Part shown: positions 20,201-29,700 of the stretch, in pieces | Layout: each line of letters starts with the position of its first letter | How positions within the stretch are numbered: position 1 is the first letter of the stretch | Origin: Barthelona sp. PAP020 | Taxonomy: Eukaryota | Reading direction: 5' to 3' | DNA: 49,006 nucleotides | NCBI GenBank assembly: GCA_040182905.1 | Contig: JARQWU010000047.1 | Location: forward strand, 1 to 49,006 | Notes under the pieces: model-generated | The model's database searches: none | What the model was told of the DNA's origin: nothing | What the model saw: only the letters and a program-made list of their open reading frames with translations | Position numbers and translations under genes: made by a program

Positions 20201-23200
20201 TGAACCGTCTGTAGATCAATCATCATGTGTTTCTTGTTCAGTTGGAAAGAATTGTTTGAATGGAGTTGCTGAATCATGTAATTCCGGTTTAATGCCAAAT
20301 GAAGAACATTCTGACTGCGTTAAGTGTTTGGACAATATGATATGTGTTGATGGGATTCCTCAAGCATGTCCTTCAGGATTTTCAGCAAATTATGATCAAA
20401 CAGCTTGTGTTGCCTGTGCGGCAGGTTTTATTTGTCCTTCAGGATATTTGGAGACTTGTCCTACAGGATATCGTCCCAAAGATACTGTGAGCTGTGAAGA
20501 AATTATGTTAAGTTGTCCAGATGGTACTGTTCCAAACGGTGAATTTACTGAATGTTTAATTTGTCCATCGAATCATATTTGTAGAGATGGTATCGCGTCA
20601 GTTTGTTCTGCAGGTTATCAACCTGATATTAATAAGATAAATTGTATTGAATGTGAAATGCATAAAGTATGTCCCAATGGGGTGCCTGTTTCATGTTCTG
20701 CCAACAAGTATGATTCAGAAGATAACATTCGTTGTGAAGAGTGTATTTCCAATCGAATATGTCCAAATGGATATTTGGAAGAATGTCCATCTGGTTTTAT
20801 TCCTAGTGAGAACGGAAATGATTGTGTCACATGTCCTGTTGGACATGTGTGTAATGATGGATTAACTTCCCTTTGTACTTCTACCACTATACCTGATTCA
20901 AGCAATACCAGTTGTATATCTTGTCCGATTGGTAAAATTTGTGTTGAAGGTATTGCATACACATGTACTGCAACCAATATGGTGCCTTCTTTAGATCAAA
21001 GCAGTTGCGTTCCTTGTGATGATTGTTTATTTGAGTTCGTACCTGTTTATTTGCCAAAAGGATTGACTAATCGAACTATTGAAGTAAAACTTCACAAAGA
21101 AGTAATCGTTACTCATGGTCCGTTCCTCATTTTACCTTCATTTGGTTTAAATTTGACATTGATGTCTCATTATGATGATAAGTATGTTTTTGAATTTCCA
21201 TCTATTTTTGACACGAGTTATTTAAGTGATTCAGACACTATTGAAGGAAATTTTGTATATTCTTTAGATAGTTGGTTGAATACATTGGAGCCTATCAAGA
21301 TATACAGTAATCCGATCTTTTTATCTGTTGAACCTTCATCATTACCATGTGATTCCACTAGAACAGTAAAGTTAAGTGGGTTAAACATTCAAATTTTGTA
21401 CAATCCAATTCTAGTAAAGCTTCAGAACCCTGCTACGTCATGGGAAACCATTGTAAATGGTACCATTGATGAAAATGCTAATTACATTATATTTGACCAT
21501 CCTCCCATGAATTTAACGGAAGAATATGAGATATTGCAGATAATAGCCTCATTGAACAATCGAGATTTTCCTTTGAATGGCATGTCATTTACACGTTATC
21601 AAAAACCAGAAGTTTTATCGTTAGAGCCTTCAGAAATTGTCTCTTATGGAGGGGAAAACGTAATTATCACTGTATCTTCGTTATTCAAATCTTCGAATGT
21701 TATTCTTGGGTTATTTTATTTAAATGAAGCACAGACGACATCAGAAATAAGTGAATTTTCCAGAATCAGTGTGCGATTCATTGCTGGTAACACAATATTG
21801 ATCACAACTCCTGTATTAGACTCAACTATTGACAAGTATTATCCAGTTCTTTCATTGAATGGTGAAGACTTTGATCTGAAGATTAATTCTAGCTCCAAGT
21901 ATTTGACCATTGATGACAGTAATTTTTTGGAGTTATCCGGATTAACACCACAGGCTGTTATTCATCCATGTTCCGATACTTCCTCTGTTGAATTTCAATT
22001 AATTAGCAGTCATGCAAATGAAGATCTTTTTGCTAACATAACAACATACGATAGTGAAGGTAGTTTAAAGAATTTTTATCGAGCTGTTGAAAAAATTGGT
22101 TTAAATACGTACAGATTGACGTTTGAAGATGTCAGTTGTAGATATTACAAAAACGCATTGTATGTGAACTTTGTTCCATACTTTAATTCAATAACCACTG
22201 TAATTCAAGTTCAAACAGTTAGCTTTTACTCCATTGCTGCTATATTTGATGACATTTTTCCAAAAGTCAGTCCTCAAGTTGGTGGAACTATTTGTAATAT
22301 AACTGGTGCTAATTTCAAAATATTGGATTTGAAAGCTCGTGTTATGATAGGCCAATATGAGGTGAATACTGAAATCAATCAAACATCTAATCTTATCTCC
22401 TTTGTTATACCTTCAATTCCAGTTCCAACTGAATTAAACATATCCGTATCTTTAGATGAAGCTAGTTGGATATCAACAGGATTGAAAATAACTTTTGAAG
22501 GGTGTGTCATGGGATATTATGCGCCAACTTATAAATTTGCATGCCAACCATGTCCAAAAGGGTATTACATTGATGTTGAACATGCAACTTCTTGTAAGAA
22601 ATGTGAAGTTGGCACGTATAATGAGTTTGAAGGTGTCACTTCTTGTATATCATGCCCGGGAAACGCTACTTCTGATGGAGCTTCTTCAAATTTGACTGAT
22701 TGTCGCTGTAAAATTAATTATTACGGTATTTATGGTGAAGAATGTCATCCATGCCCTTCAGGTGCAACATGTCCTGAGGGATCAATCCATCCGATTCCTG
22801 ACCCAGGATATTGGGCAAGTCCAACAGATTTAAATACAGTTATTCATTGTATCCCTGAGGCTGCTTGTAGTGGTGGAAATTCAACAGCAGAAAATGCCAC
22901 ACTTTTGAGCAGTATGTGTATAAATGGGTTTACTGGTGATCGTTGTGCTACTTGTGCTGTTGGTAGCTATATAAACAGTGATGATGAATGCAAAGTTTGT
23001 CCTGATATTGGTTTTTTCAGCTATATTCTCTCTCTTGTTGTATCATTTATAGTTGCTTTCGCATTGATTTGTTTGACCAAAATTTCAGATCAAGATGAAG
23101 CTCCTGATGAGACCTTTGAAACTGGTGCTCGAGCATTAGATGCCATTGAAGACATGGGTACAGGGGCTATTTCCAAAGTGTTATTGACTGCCTGGACAGC

Positions 23201-24623
23201 TTTAAGACAAAACGCCTCATTTTTTACGATTGGTATTAATTTTGCACAGGTCACTGCAATGTTGCGCAATTTTAATTTTGCTTGGCCTGAGAGCTTGAAG
23301 AAGATTTTCAATTTGTTAAGTAATTTTGACTTCAATATCAAGCTTGTGTCCCCTTCTTGTCTTTTTGCGGTTGGTTTTGTTCAACAAACGTTTTTACAAC
23401 TTGGCTTGCCAATTCTATTCATTATTATATATATCATTCTATATTTTACACTTCGTCACAAGATGAAAGTCGATAACAAATTGGCTCAATGGTTTCGAAA
23501 TGTTTTGGCGGCATTTATATTATTGATGGTATACCTCTATCAGTTTTTAGGCGGTTCAGCACTGGATTATTTTGATTGTACCACATTAGAGAATGGAGTT
23601 AGTGTGGTGACTAATTCTGCTGATATTGTATGTGGTTCACCTTATCATACATCCAACATGTGGTTACCCACAATTTCTGTGATTGTGTATATATTCGGTA
23701 TTCCTCTATGTTTCCTTTTTGCTTTGTTATATTTCAGCAAGAAGAATAAATTGGAAAACCCTGCTGTCAAACAAACAATGGGTAAATTGTACGAAAACTT
23801 TGTTCCAGAATTTGCCTATTGGGAAACCTTCGTTATGTTAAGAAAGTTGATCATTTTGCTTTGTATTGTATTTTTGGCGACAAGTGAAACAGACAAAGCT
23901 TTGTTATCTGTATGCTTTTTATTTTTAGCTTTGTTGGCTCATACTTTTATTAGACCATACAAATCACCCAAATTTGATCTTGTTGAATTTGCATCGTTAT
24001 TAACATCCATGATTGTGCTATTTACTGGTATTGTTATGGATCATGCTCAGGTTTCCAGTCTTGTAAAATCATTGACAAATGCATTCAGTGTTTTATCAAT
24101 CCTTTTCACCGTTGTCATGTTTATAATGGTAGTTTGGACCAATATCAAACCTATAAAATGGTTTGATAATTTATTCCCAGCAGATGAAAAGAATCGGGAA
24201 CCGATGTTATTTTCTAAAGATATTCCCCGTTTAGAACTGGAAAAATTGAAGATAGATGATGAATGTGACGATTTAAAATCCACGAAAGAAAAAGAGAATT
24301 CAGCATCAGACACAGATGATAGCATTTCTGATTTGGATTCTGTGTTGGACATTCATAAGACTCAAAGATTCAATTTGAAACCTCAGGATTCAGCACAAAA
24401 TTTAACTTCTGAATTTGTTGAATTTATTAATGGCAAACACATATATTCAGTTGATTCTCCAAAGAATGATGTTGTTACACCAGATACTCCGATCAAAAGC
24501 GTTTCCCAACAGTTCAATTTTGCTGAATTAGCTTCATCAACTGATGAGGACACGCAATTCTCATTCACACAAAGTAATCAACTGTTAAATTTGAAAAACA
24601 TTGGAGAAATAGATTCAGATTAA
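14205..24623 (+). CDS. giant cell-surface multi-pass membrane protein: signal peptide, propeller-like blocks, EGF-like module, Cys-rich repeats, IPT/TIG-like domains, ephrin-receptor-like Cys repeats, TRP-like multi-TM region, acidic tail (3472 aa)
   Basis: Hydrophobic N-terminus; FG-GAP-like strings (YFGKFLS, EFGRSVDI, YFGHPLKI); CSNLGVC..CRCDCETGYG; LSVEPS, LSLEPS..SYGGENVII and FPKVSPQVGGTICNITGANF; CQPCPKGYY..CKKCEVGTYN; ~8-9 hydrophobic segments with LYENF..YWETFVMLRK and RPY motifs. Confidence 0.85.
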   Translation: MERIGLYGFLLLIIVFFNCFQLIYGNKITEKSTYRIFENRCEYPLEPGFKLVKTIKGSNINEYLGETKIEFCDEFIIIHSKQENMINIYRKNTFTYIQSLYLGTSTDFAAVDDTIAVGYGLDDKKIEFYMFNRTLSQFTLFQTYYDPNNMYFGKFLSAGSGRFVIAGQTFFSLNVFMFSPTENLWKNVFEMNTTSLVDIDITSIKMFDHEFLVYLNDTTVKRYVFDVFNNSYYWLETVNYNSSRVICTSSFLNTFTCDYDIHGLMYQIHHYDYGDNIISYDLNDNIAVVLQIKQSNFEVFAIVLSLSDGLHPQQIMKIELDYYTDYQTVSLSEDNEYIVFFRNGTDNVGINYVYYLSCLYSTSICSKDTKNCRCEQDNSVYDWQFLGTKEFLGYPQIVLTNPSFEVISNDFSSTIEIYRYNDHLDMKSVHKSYPQSDSVVLTPFGIVQGYKNEKKVNGSLINMILKEECNNFGKRMVSGLKIFGVIGDCPYIYLFSDNSNQTIDLDFIPSDSCYFAILEEYILINSTDYLYIYDYFGVLFQKIALFDISSDPSDLSIIAIDSIPKFQIFIGNLFIGYKQWIFNDVLNIFELNENEFDFCSEEDTYNLVDIQLYASNHLSQLNILCIYKNDYNNDHLTKIESFIQYNTTFKLKNSIKKHVSTVLTSSSNFYSNIKGFTFDDYFFISNATHIDIFHLGCLGCKEGFYPLNKCNRQYNISQASYDIVDGIFPINGYESLFTETMFSTVSGTTNFAYEVVYNSFLDTLLVGQRVDTSSGKAFSILQRNSSDLSSFSLKYFHSANSYEYVPVHMSYSTAFIAVSSSFVSTGEYIVRLYIYVDSSKSWNFVFDLRKANVDTSLLNSGTPASMTFGYQSVFFENILFISEKTSYIHVFKFMFDISNNKISYEHMKSIFIDSVSSLVIKRHSKGLAVCLPDERTVRIYDMEDLDVYHTFTALSLTTYTFVDFSISGKFASIGYTKSGESYNVYVDIFKRQSDSSWINVQTIEFIGTGSVVSLSMTDNVLVIGLSGVNTASSNDILKIFRYSTFSNSWIEFQSLETHEEIDVTSEFGRSVDITPDGLSIIVGMLRSSGYISVFDITFGISSFEHIASGITSCPNNTYFDAVTNNCIACPIHHTCVRQQDNSVVIQECDTDEYTEDSLVCKMCPYGIFDIELNMCKVSLIDTAIGSSNDGFGHYDSCSEGFVISADGTKCISYLQSDCDNECSNLGVCDVRECRCDCETGYGRRYEFDDISNLRYVPYHDNSFEYVDFVANKAGYILLIHQNVTTISLTMFGPHNYIVPLKNFNIPRRLFVKAAISLNNAVIFTDLSLGYLISWNKAVNDGSITDFSSIEIFMNSTVVISEKWLVIDSHVYNLADLAAIAYQINTNLCTSLSNIPLEYNVEISTNYLMFSCVNHVDDSITEGIVFFFEYNNDSWGLKEILSPDNSDYKYFGHPLKISKDETELIVGFEKGLLFYERQTTGWVIKNKLITGKPVITVDFSADRLLIADEENLSIFQRDGLILTNIWTFSMLSNSVSFDNPRISMLKNRVAILVNNTFVSLLKETCNTCISPLIYDSLENNCVPTYASSLICEDGYFDNFGECQQCDGPYICISNTKQSCPNGTTPANNRTKCVECPSGRFCVEGEFPQICPINQAPFPIVAADHCEQCSSGYYGNGIECVLCHEPYVCTNGYREFCSSGQKPAGIDSCTNCILPELCPDGFVTYCPAGQYAVSLTQCNTCPDGMVCTGDSAPTGCASNQIISPDRTECLSCPTENYCIDGVVYSCNQGYTPNVTHTGCEECPQNRICLYGYAEACPEGSLPDASQTYCDVCPVGKICINGYEMGCDAGTLPNESQTECVSCPANSICEDGFAADCPSLYAPNSDQTACISCPTTNICPNGYIETCPSGQMPNSFLSYCIVCEQYHYCANGYAEQCPIGKMPSVDQTTCVDCYEGYACSPGVAITECIGTTYVNNVLGICDACPTGHYCENGQVKTCLSGFEPSVDQSSCVSCSVGKNCLNGVAESCNSGLMPNEEHSDCVKCLDNMICVDGIPQACPSGFSANYDQTACVACAAGFICPSGYLETCPTGYRPKDTVSCEEIMLSCPDGTVPNGEFTECLICPSNHICRDGIASVCSAGYQPDINKINCIECEMHKVCPNGVPVSCSANKYDSEDNIRCEECISNRICPNGYLEECPSGFIPSENGNDCVTCPVGHVCNDGLTSLCTSTTIPDSSNTSCISCPIGKICVEGIAYTCTATNMVPSLDQSSCVPCDDCLFEFVPVYLPKGLTNRTIEVKLHKEVIVTHGPFLILPSFGLNLTLMSHYDDKYVFEFPSIFDTSYLSDSDTIEGNFVYSLDSWLNTLEPIKIYSNPIFLSVEPSSLPCDSTRTVKLSGLNIQILYNPILVKLQNPATSWETIVNGTIDENANYIIFDHPPMNLTEEYEILQIIASLNNRDFPLNGMSFTRYQKPEVLSLEPSEIVSYGGENVIITVSSLFKSSNVILGLFYLNEAQTTSEISEFSRISVRFIAGNTILITTPVLDSTIDKYYPVLSLNGEDFDLKINSSSKYLTIDDSNFLELSGLTPQAVIHPCSDTSSVEFQLISSHANEDLFANITTYDSEGSLKNFYRAVEKIGLNTYRLTFEDVSCRYYKNALYVNFVPYFNSITTVIQVQTVSFYSIAAIFDDIFPKVSPQVGGTICNITGANFKILDLKARVMIGQYEVNTEINQTSNLISFVIPSIPVPTELNISVSLDEASWISTGLKITFEGCVMGYYAPTYKFACQPCPKGYYIDVEHATSCKKCEVGTYNEFEGVTSCISCPGNATSDGASSNLTDCRCKINYYGIYGEECHPCPSGATCPEGSIHPIPDPGYWASPTDLNTVIHCIPEAACSGGNSTAENATLLSSMCINGFTGDRCATCAVGSYINSDDECKVCPDIGFFSYILSLVVSFIVAFALICLTKISDQDEAPDETFETGARALDAIEDMGTGAISKVLLTAWTALRQNASFFTIGINFAQVTAMLRNFNFAWPESLKKIFNLLSNFDFNIKLVSPSCLFAVGFVQQTFLQLGLPILFIIIYIILYFTLRHKMKVDNKLAQWFRNVLAAFILLMVYLYQFLGGSALDYFDCTTLENGVSVVTNSADIVCGSPYHTSNMWLPTISVIVYIFGIPLCFLFALLYFSKKNKLENPAVKQTMGKLYENFVPEFAYWETFVMLRKLIILLCIVFLATSETDKALLSVCFLFLALLAHTFIRPYKSPKFDLVEFASLLTSMIVLFTGIVMDHAQVSSLVKSLTNAFSVLSILFTVVMFIMVVWTNIKPIKWFDNLFPADEKNREPMLFSKDIPRLELEKLKIDDECDDLKSTKEKENSASDTDDSISDLDSVLDIHKTQRFNLKPQDSAQNLTSEFVEFINGKHIYSVDSPKNDVVTPDTPIKSVSQQFNFAELASSTDEDTQFSFTQSNQLLNLKNIGEIDSD
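19056..21026 (+). repeat. intragenic array of ~20 Cys-rich 30-aa repeats (C-x12-C-x2-C-x5-C-x7)
   Basis: Examples: CPEGSLPDASQTYCDVCPVGKICINGYEMG / CDAGTLPNESQTECVSCPANSICEDGFAAD / CPSLYAPNSDQTACISCPTTNICPNGYIET. Confidence 0.9.
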
Positions 24624-24625
24624 AC

Positions 24626-24645
24626 AAGAAAAGAAAAGAAAAGAA
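24626..24645. repeat. (AAGAA)4 microsatellite just after the stop codon
   Basis: Read directly. Confidence 0.8.
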
Positions 24646-25161
24646 AAATTTGTCTTGTAAATAGAACTAACGTTTATTTTTGTTGTTTATTCATTTGCAT
24701 CGCTCTTTGTTGAACACAATTTCATTTGGAAACAATTTTCTCTTTTCTTGCTTCAACTAATTGATCCTTAAATCTGTGTGAAGCACAATTTGAATCAATA
24801 TTCAAGCTTTAAGTAAAAGATAGTTTCAAGGTCATATAGAACACTCATCAATCCAAAAAGAAATGGTAATCAAAAAATGTCAAAAACATACAACTTTGTT
24901 AAATTAACCTGAATTTGCTACATACACTAATATATATACTCTTAAACAAGAAATTTCTTAAAAGTATTTCGTGGCGTTTGTTAAATCTGTCACAATAGGC
25001 AACTTTGAATTCAAAGACAAGAGTCAAAAAGAAGCATTCAAAAGGGTATGTTGAGAGGGCATTCCCGGAAATGAGAAAATCTTGAGACATATTTTATGAA
25101 CAAAGGACAATCAATCTCACTAAATAAAGTGGAAGTGTTGGTTATGTATTAGCAAGACCAA

Positions 25162-26373
25162 TTAGTCATCATCATCATCGTCATCAACGCCACAACTTTG
25201 TTCATTCATAAATGAGTGCATATTACCACCATTGGTTTCATTGATGTCAACCAAATCCCAACATGTATCCGCAATCATCTTGAACTCCTCTTCATTCATG
25301 CAAATACCAGCAGCTATCAATTGTCTGATGGTTTGAGTATCCATATTCACAGCAAAAAGATTCGACACCACATTTCCACCATCCTTTGATAACTCTATGA
25401 GTTCAGTTTGATTTGAGGGGTTATATTGAGGGGCAATTGAGTAAACTTTGATGCTATGGCCTTTACATTTTCCACATGATAACTCTCTCTTATCAGGGGA
25501 AAGAGCAAAGGAAAAGTCATAAGGATCACAACCACAATGTACTTTTTGAATTTCCTCAAAACTATCTACATTGTACGACGTAATATAACCATCACCAGAC
25601 ATAATAAGTAAGACGCTAGGTGTTAAGAAATTAATGCAATATACTTCACCGCCCACATTAAAGGTATGTATAAGTGATCCATCGTCCATATTCCAGAGTT
25701 TGACCTCGCTTGAACGATCACCAGTAGCAACTATTCTTTCTGTTGGGTGGAAATCAATAGCTTCAACACGATTTGTATGATTGAATTGATGCAAAAGAGA
25801 AAAATTGTCGGGGTTAACCAACATTGCAAATTTATTCCCACCACCAATCAAAAGATGTTTACCGTCACATGAAAGCTTTACTTTACAAATCCAGCTGGCA
25901 TTAATTTCGGTTGCCAAAACAACATTACCATCGTGTATATCCCATTTCTTCAAATATCCATCGCCACAACCAGTATATACATAATTTGAACAATTGGAAA
26001 AAACTACTGCACCAACAGAAGAATCATTATTTAATGTAGACAAAATGGAGAAATCTTGAAGGTTGTATATAATAATGGACCAAGAACTTGAACATGTTGC
26101 TAGTTTTTGTCCATCTGGTGAAAAGGCAACACTATAAACACTGCCTCCATGATCTTTCAAGGAACGATTTAGCGTTCTAGTTTCAACATCAATTACATGA
26201 GCTTGTGGAAAACTACCAATGACTAAATGTTTGCCATCCAGTGAATATTTGCAATCAAACATGTAATCAGAAACCAAATCCTCAATTTCACTCACACTAC
26301 TTTCATCAATTTTAGGAGGGAGTATACCATTGATTATTTTTCTCACCAATTCCAATCTTGAGTCAGAATACAT
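25162..26373 (-). CDS. WD40 beta-propeller protein with C-terminal helical module, paralog A (403 aa)
   Basis: WD repeats (DHGGSVYSVAFSPDGQKLAT; GCGDGYLKKWD; TGDRSSEVKLWN). Colinear with 32911..34107. Ends in poly-Asp. Confidence 0.92.
   Translation of the reverse strand: MYSDSRLELVRKIINGILPPKIDESSVSEIEDLVSDYMFDCKYSLDGKHLVIGSFPQAHVIDVETRTLNRSLKDHGGSVYSVAFSPDGQKLATCSSSWSIIIYNLQDFSILSTLNNDSSVGAVVFSNCSNYVYTGCGDGYLKKWDIHDGNVVLATEINASWICKVKLSCDGKHLLIGGGNKFAMLVNPDNFSLLHQFNHTNRVEAIDFHPTERIVATGDRSSEVKLWNMDDGSLIHTFNVGGEVYCINFLTPSVLLIMSGDGYITSYNVDSFEEIQKVHCGCDPYDFSFALSPDKRELSCGKCKGHSIKVYSIAPQYNPSNQTELIELSKDGGNVVSNLFAVNMDTQTIRQLIAAGICMNEEEFKMIADTCWDLVDINETNGGNMHSFMNEQSCGVDDDDDDD
25226..25446 (-). repeat. 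221-bp near-identical segment, inverted copy of 33835-34055
   Basis: Manual alignment gives 7 mismatches in 221 bp and no indels. Confidence 0.9.
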
Positions 26374-26778
26374 CTTAAAGTGTCAACAAAAAATAAAAAA
26401 CTGCCAGAATGATCAACATAAATATTATTTTACCCCAAACACATAGATTAATGCTATCTTTTTCAGACTTTACGTATAAATAGAGCAATTTTTTCCTGAT
26501 TTTATAATCTAAGACCAACCGTTCTCAAGCACAAAATCCAAAAAAAAAAAACCTTTCAACAAGTTCCACAAAAAAATTAAGAGCCCAAATCTTGTTCGAC
26601 AGAAGCGAACAATTTTCTTTTTTTTTTTTTGTGTAAAACTGGTATTGAATATTTTTAATTTGTTTAAAACATATGAAAATTTACTCTATATCATGGAATC
26701 AAACAGGAAAAAATAATAAGAATTGAATAAAAAACATTTTTTTTTAAAATTTCGTTTATTAATTGAAAATGTGATAAG

Positions 26779-29700
26779 ATGATGACGTTGGATTTGGTTT
26801 CAAATTATGTTGACACGAAGTCATTTACCAATTTTTCGATACTTTTAATATTTTTTTCATTACTCTTATATTCGAGATTAAATGAAGTAAAATGGCTTAA
26901 TAATATGAAATATAGGTTGTTAAAAATATTTTTAATAAGTTTTTTAATAATTCTTTATTTGTTAACTTTATTTTTTTTGATTGTTCATGTTTTTTCTTTT
27001 GGTTTTGATAATATTGAGGGACAAATATTTTATAGATATATAATTTTATTTGGATTTGTAAGTTTAATAATCATATCCTTTATGTCTTCACATTATCTAA
27101 ACTTAAAAACTATTATTCAACGTAAGATGATTGTTCTTTGGGTTGTTTGTGTTATAATTTTTGCAATGAGTATGTATATGATAACTTTTGCATCAAAAAT
27201 GGTAGGATTTCAAACACATTTGGCTTTTTTAATTCCTGGAACATTTGTTTATTTGATAATGATGACAGTTCAACCAATTTATCCAAATATTACAATTGAA
27301 TCCATTCATCATTTTTTTATGAAGCGTAATAATGTACAAACACAAAATAGTAGGCTTTTCCTATATTTTTTCAGTTTTATATTAGATTTGGTTGGTATTT
27401 TTGGAGAGATTTGGTTTGTTTTGACTAGCCCTACGATATCAGATGATGATTGTAGGAAACTCTTTGATTTTGTCTATCTGTTTTTTTATTTTTTGCTAGT
27501 AGTTGAAATAATACCTTTACGAAGTTTAATGAGAGTACCTATTTTTGTTATTTTGCCACTTCTTATTAGTATTGAAATATTAATTATTTTTCTGAATTTA
27601 AATTGTATATATTCTGCTGAAATAAGTCAAATAACTTTCATAATAATTGTTTTATTTCTTTTATATAAAGAAAAGAAGATGACAAAGGAAAATGATTTGA
27701 AAATAGTTAATTATATGTTAGAGCCTCTTGCAAAGTTTGAAGAAACTTATAAAATTCCGATATCTTTTTCTAAAATATCTAAGAAAATTAATTCTGTTGA
27801 ATTTTTTATAATATTATCTAATTTCAACATATTTTTTGTCAAATTTTTTGAAATATTGATCAATCCTGAATTGAAACCATATTTTGGAAATTTTTTAAAA
27901 ATTTATTTGATTATGTTTATTTGTTTGATTAGTATTTATTATATTTTTGCTAGAGTATTTGTTTTTCAAAGAAAATATTTATTATTTGTTGAAAAATATT
28001 ATAAATATTATATTAATGAAGAATTTTTGAAAGTTTATAAAGATTTGAGATTTTTTAAAGGTAAAGATGATATAGAAGGAATAAAAAAAAACTATTCTTT
28101 AAAATTATTCAGTGTTCTGATAATTTCAATATTTTTAACTATTTTTTCAATTGGTTTGGCAATTTTTTATGTTTTTACTGATCTTTCTGAATCATTCAAA
28201 TATTTAATCTTAAGTTTTTCTTTAATATTTATATTTTATATCTATTTTTCTTATTTGATTAATTTCAACAATAAAAATATCCAAAAAATTGAAAAAAATA
28301 TCCAAAATATCCAAAATATCCAAAATATCCAAAATATCCAAAATATCCAAAATATCCAAAATATCAAAAATATCAAAAATATTCAAAATATTCAAAATAT
28401 CCAAAAAATTGAAAAAATTATAAAAATTGAAAAGAAAAAAATTTATTTTTCTATCAATTTTTTCAAATTTTTTGGATATTTTTTTCAATTTTTTGGATAT
28501 TTCATTATAATATTTAAACAAAATGATTTAAAACAAATTAATAATTTATTATACATTTTTTGTATCTTTTCTCCAGCATTATATTGTTTTTCTAATGATA
28601 TAATTGCTGAAAAAACTTTTGATTTCATTAAACCAAAATTTAAAACTTTGTTTCATTATATAGTTTCAGCAATTTTCATTCATTTCTTTTCCAAACCTTT
28701 AGATATTTCAAATAATATCATACCAACAGTTGAAGAAAAAATTTCAGAAATCACAAACCTAGATATTTCATCAGTAGTAATCATTTGTTTAATATTTATA
28801 TTATCTGTCAAACAATCACTACTATTTCTCAAAAGTTTTAAATTTACAAAAAGTTTCTCCAAATTTAATCTCTATTTGTATATCCTATTATTTTTTATTG
28901 GTTTATTATCCTATTATCCTTTATTTATAATTATTTTACCTAATAATAAGTTATATGTTGGTTTGATCTTTGTGATTTTGTATATCATGTATCCTAATAT
29001 CATAACTTTTAGTCATTTAAAAATGGAACACAAAAAAAAAGGAAAATATTTTTTGATAGGATTAATTTCTTTTATTTATTTCTTGACTATTTTTATATTG
29101 TTGTTAATTAAATCTGTTGTTGATATTCATGATATTTTGGTTGATTTATTAATGTTTTTAGTATTTTATGGAATATTTCTAGCACTAAATGTATTGTATA
29201 ATAAAGATTTTTTATTTGGTGGTTCAAATGTATTTGTTTCAAAAGATTATAAAACTATCTTATTTAAAGATAGTGCTGATACTGATATTATTATTAAAAA
29301 CAAAGCCCCAGTTTATTTAATTGTGATATTTTTGTCAAGTTTATTTTTGTATGCATTTACTGGATATTTCACATATCCTAACGATAATCGTTTAGTTTTT
29401 TTTATTGTTTTGTTGATTTTTATGGGTATTTTTTTGTTTTTTTTTAAAGTTAATGATATTCAATTGTATAAATACAGGAATCTATTTAATGAAAAAATGT
29501 ATGCATTAGCTTGTGAAAATGTTATTAAAAGAGGAATGAATAGATTCTTAATGAGTTATTCTTTATATTCAGATATTTATCATACTTATATTTCTGAGAA
29601 TTTTCAAAGTGTTTCAATTGAACAATTAGATTGTATGATCAATCAAAAAAAGATTATTGAATTATTGAATGAAAGTTCCATTGACAATGTCTCTTTTTTG

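Noticed and set aside
24640..25160. Coding-like decayed sequence between the giant gene and WD40 paralog A (including ORF 24899..25090)
   Set aside because: Several stops in the plus-strand frames and no recognisable homology; cannot support a pseudogene call.
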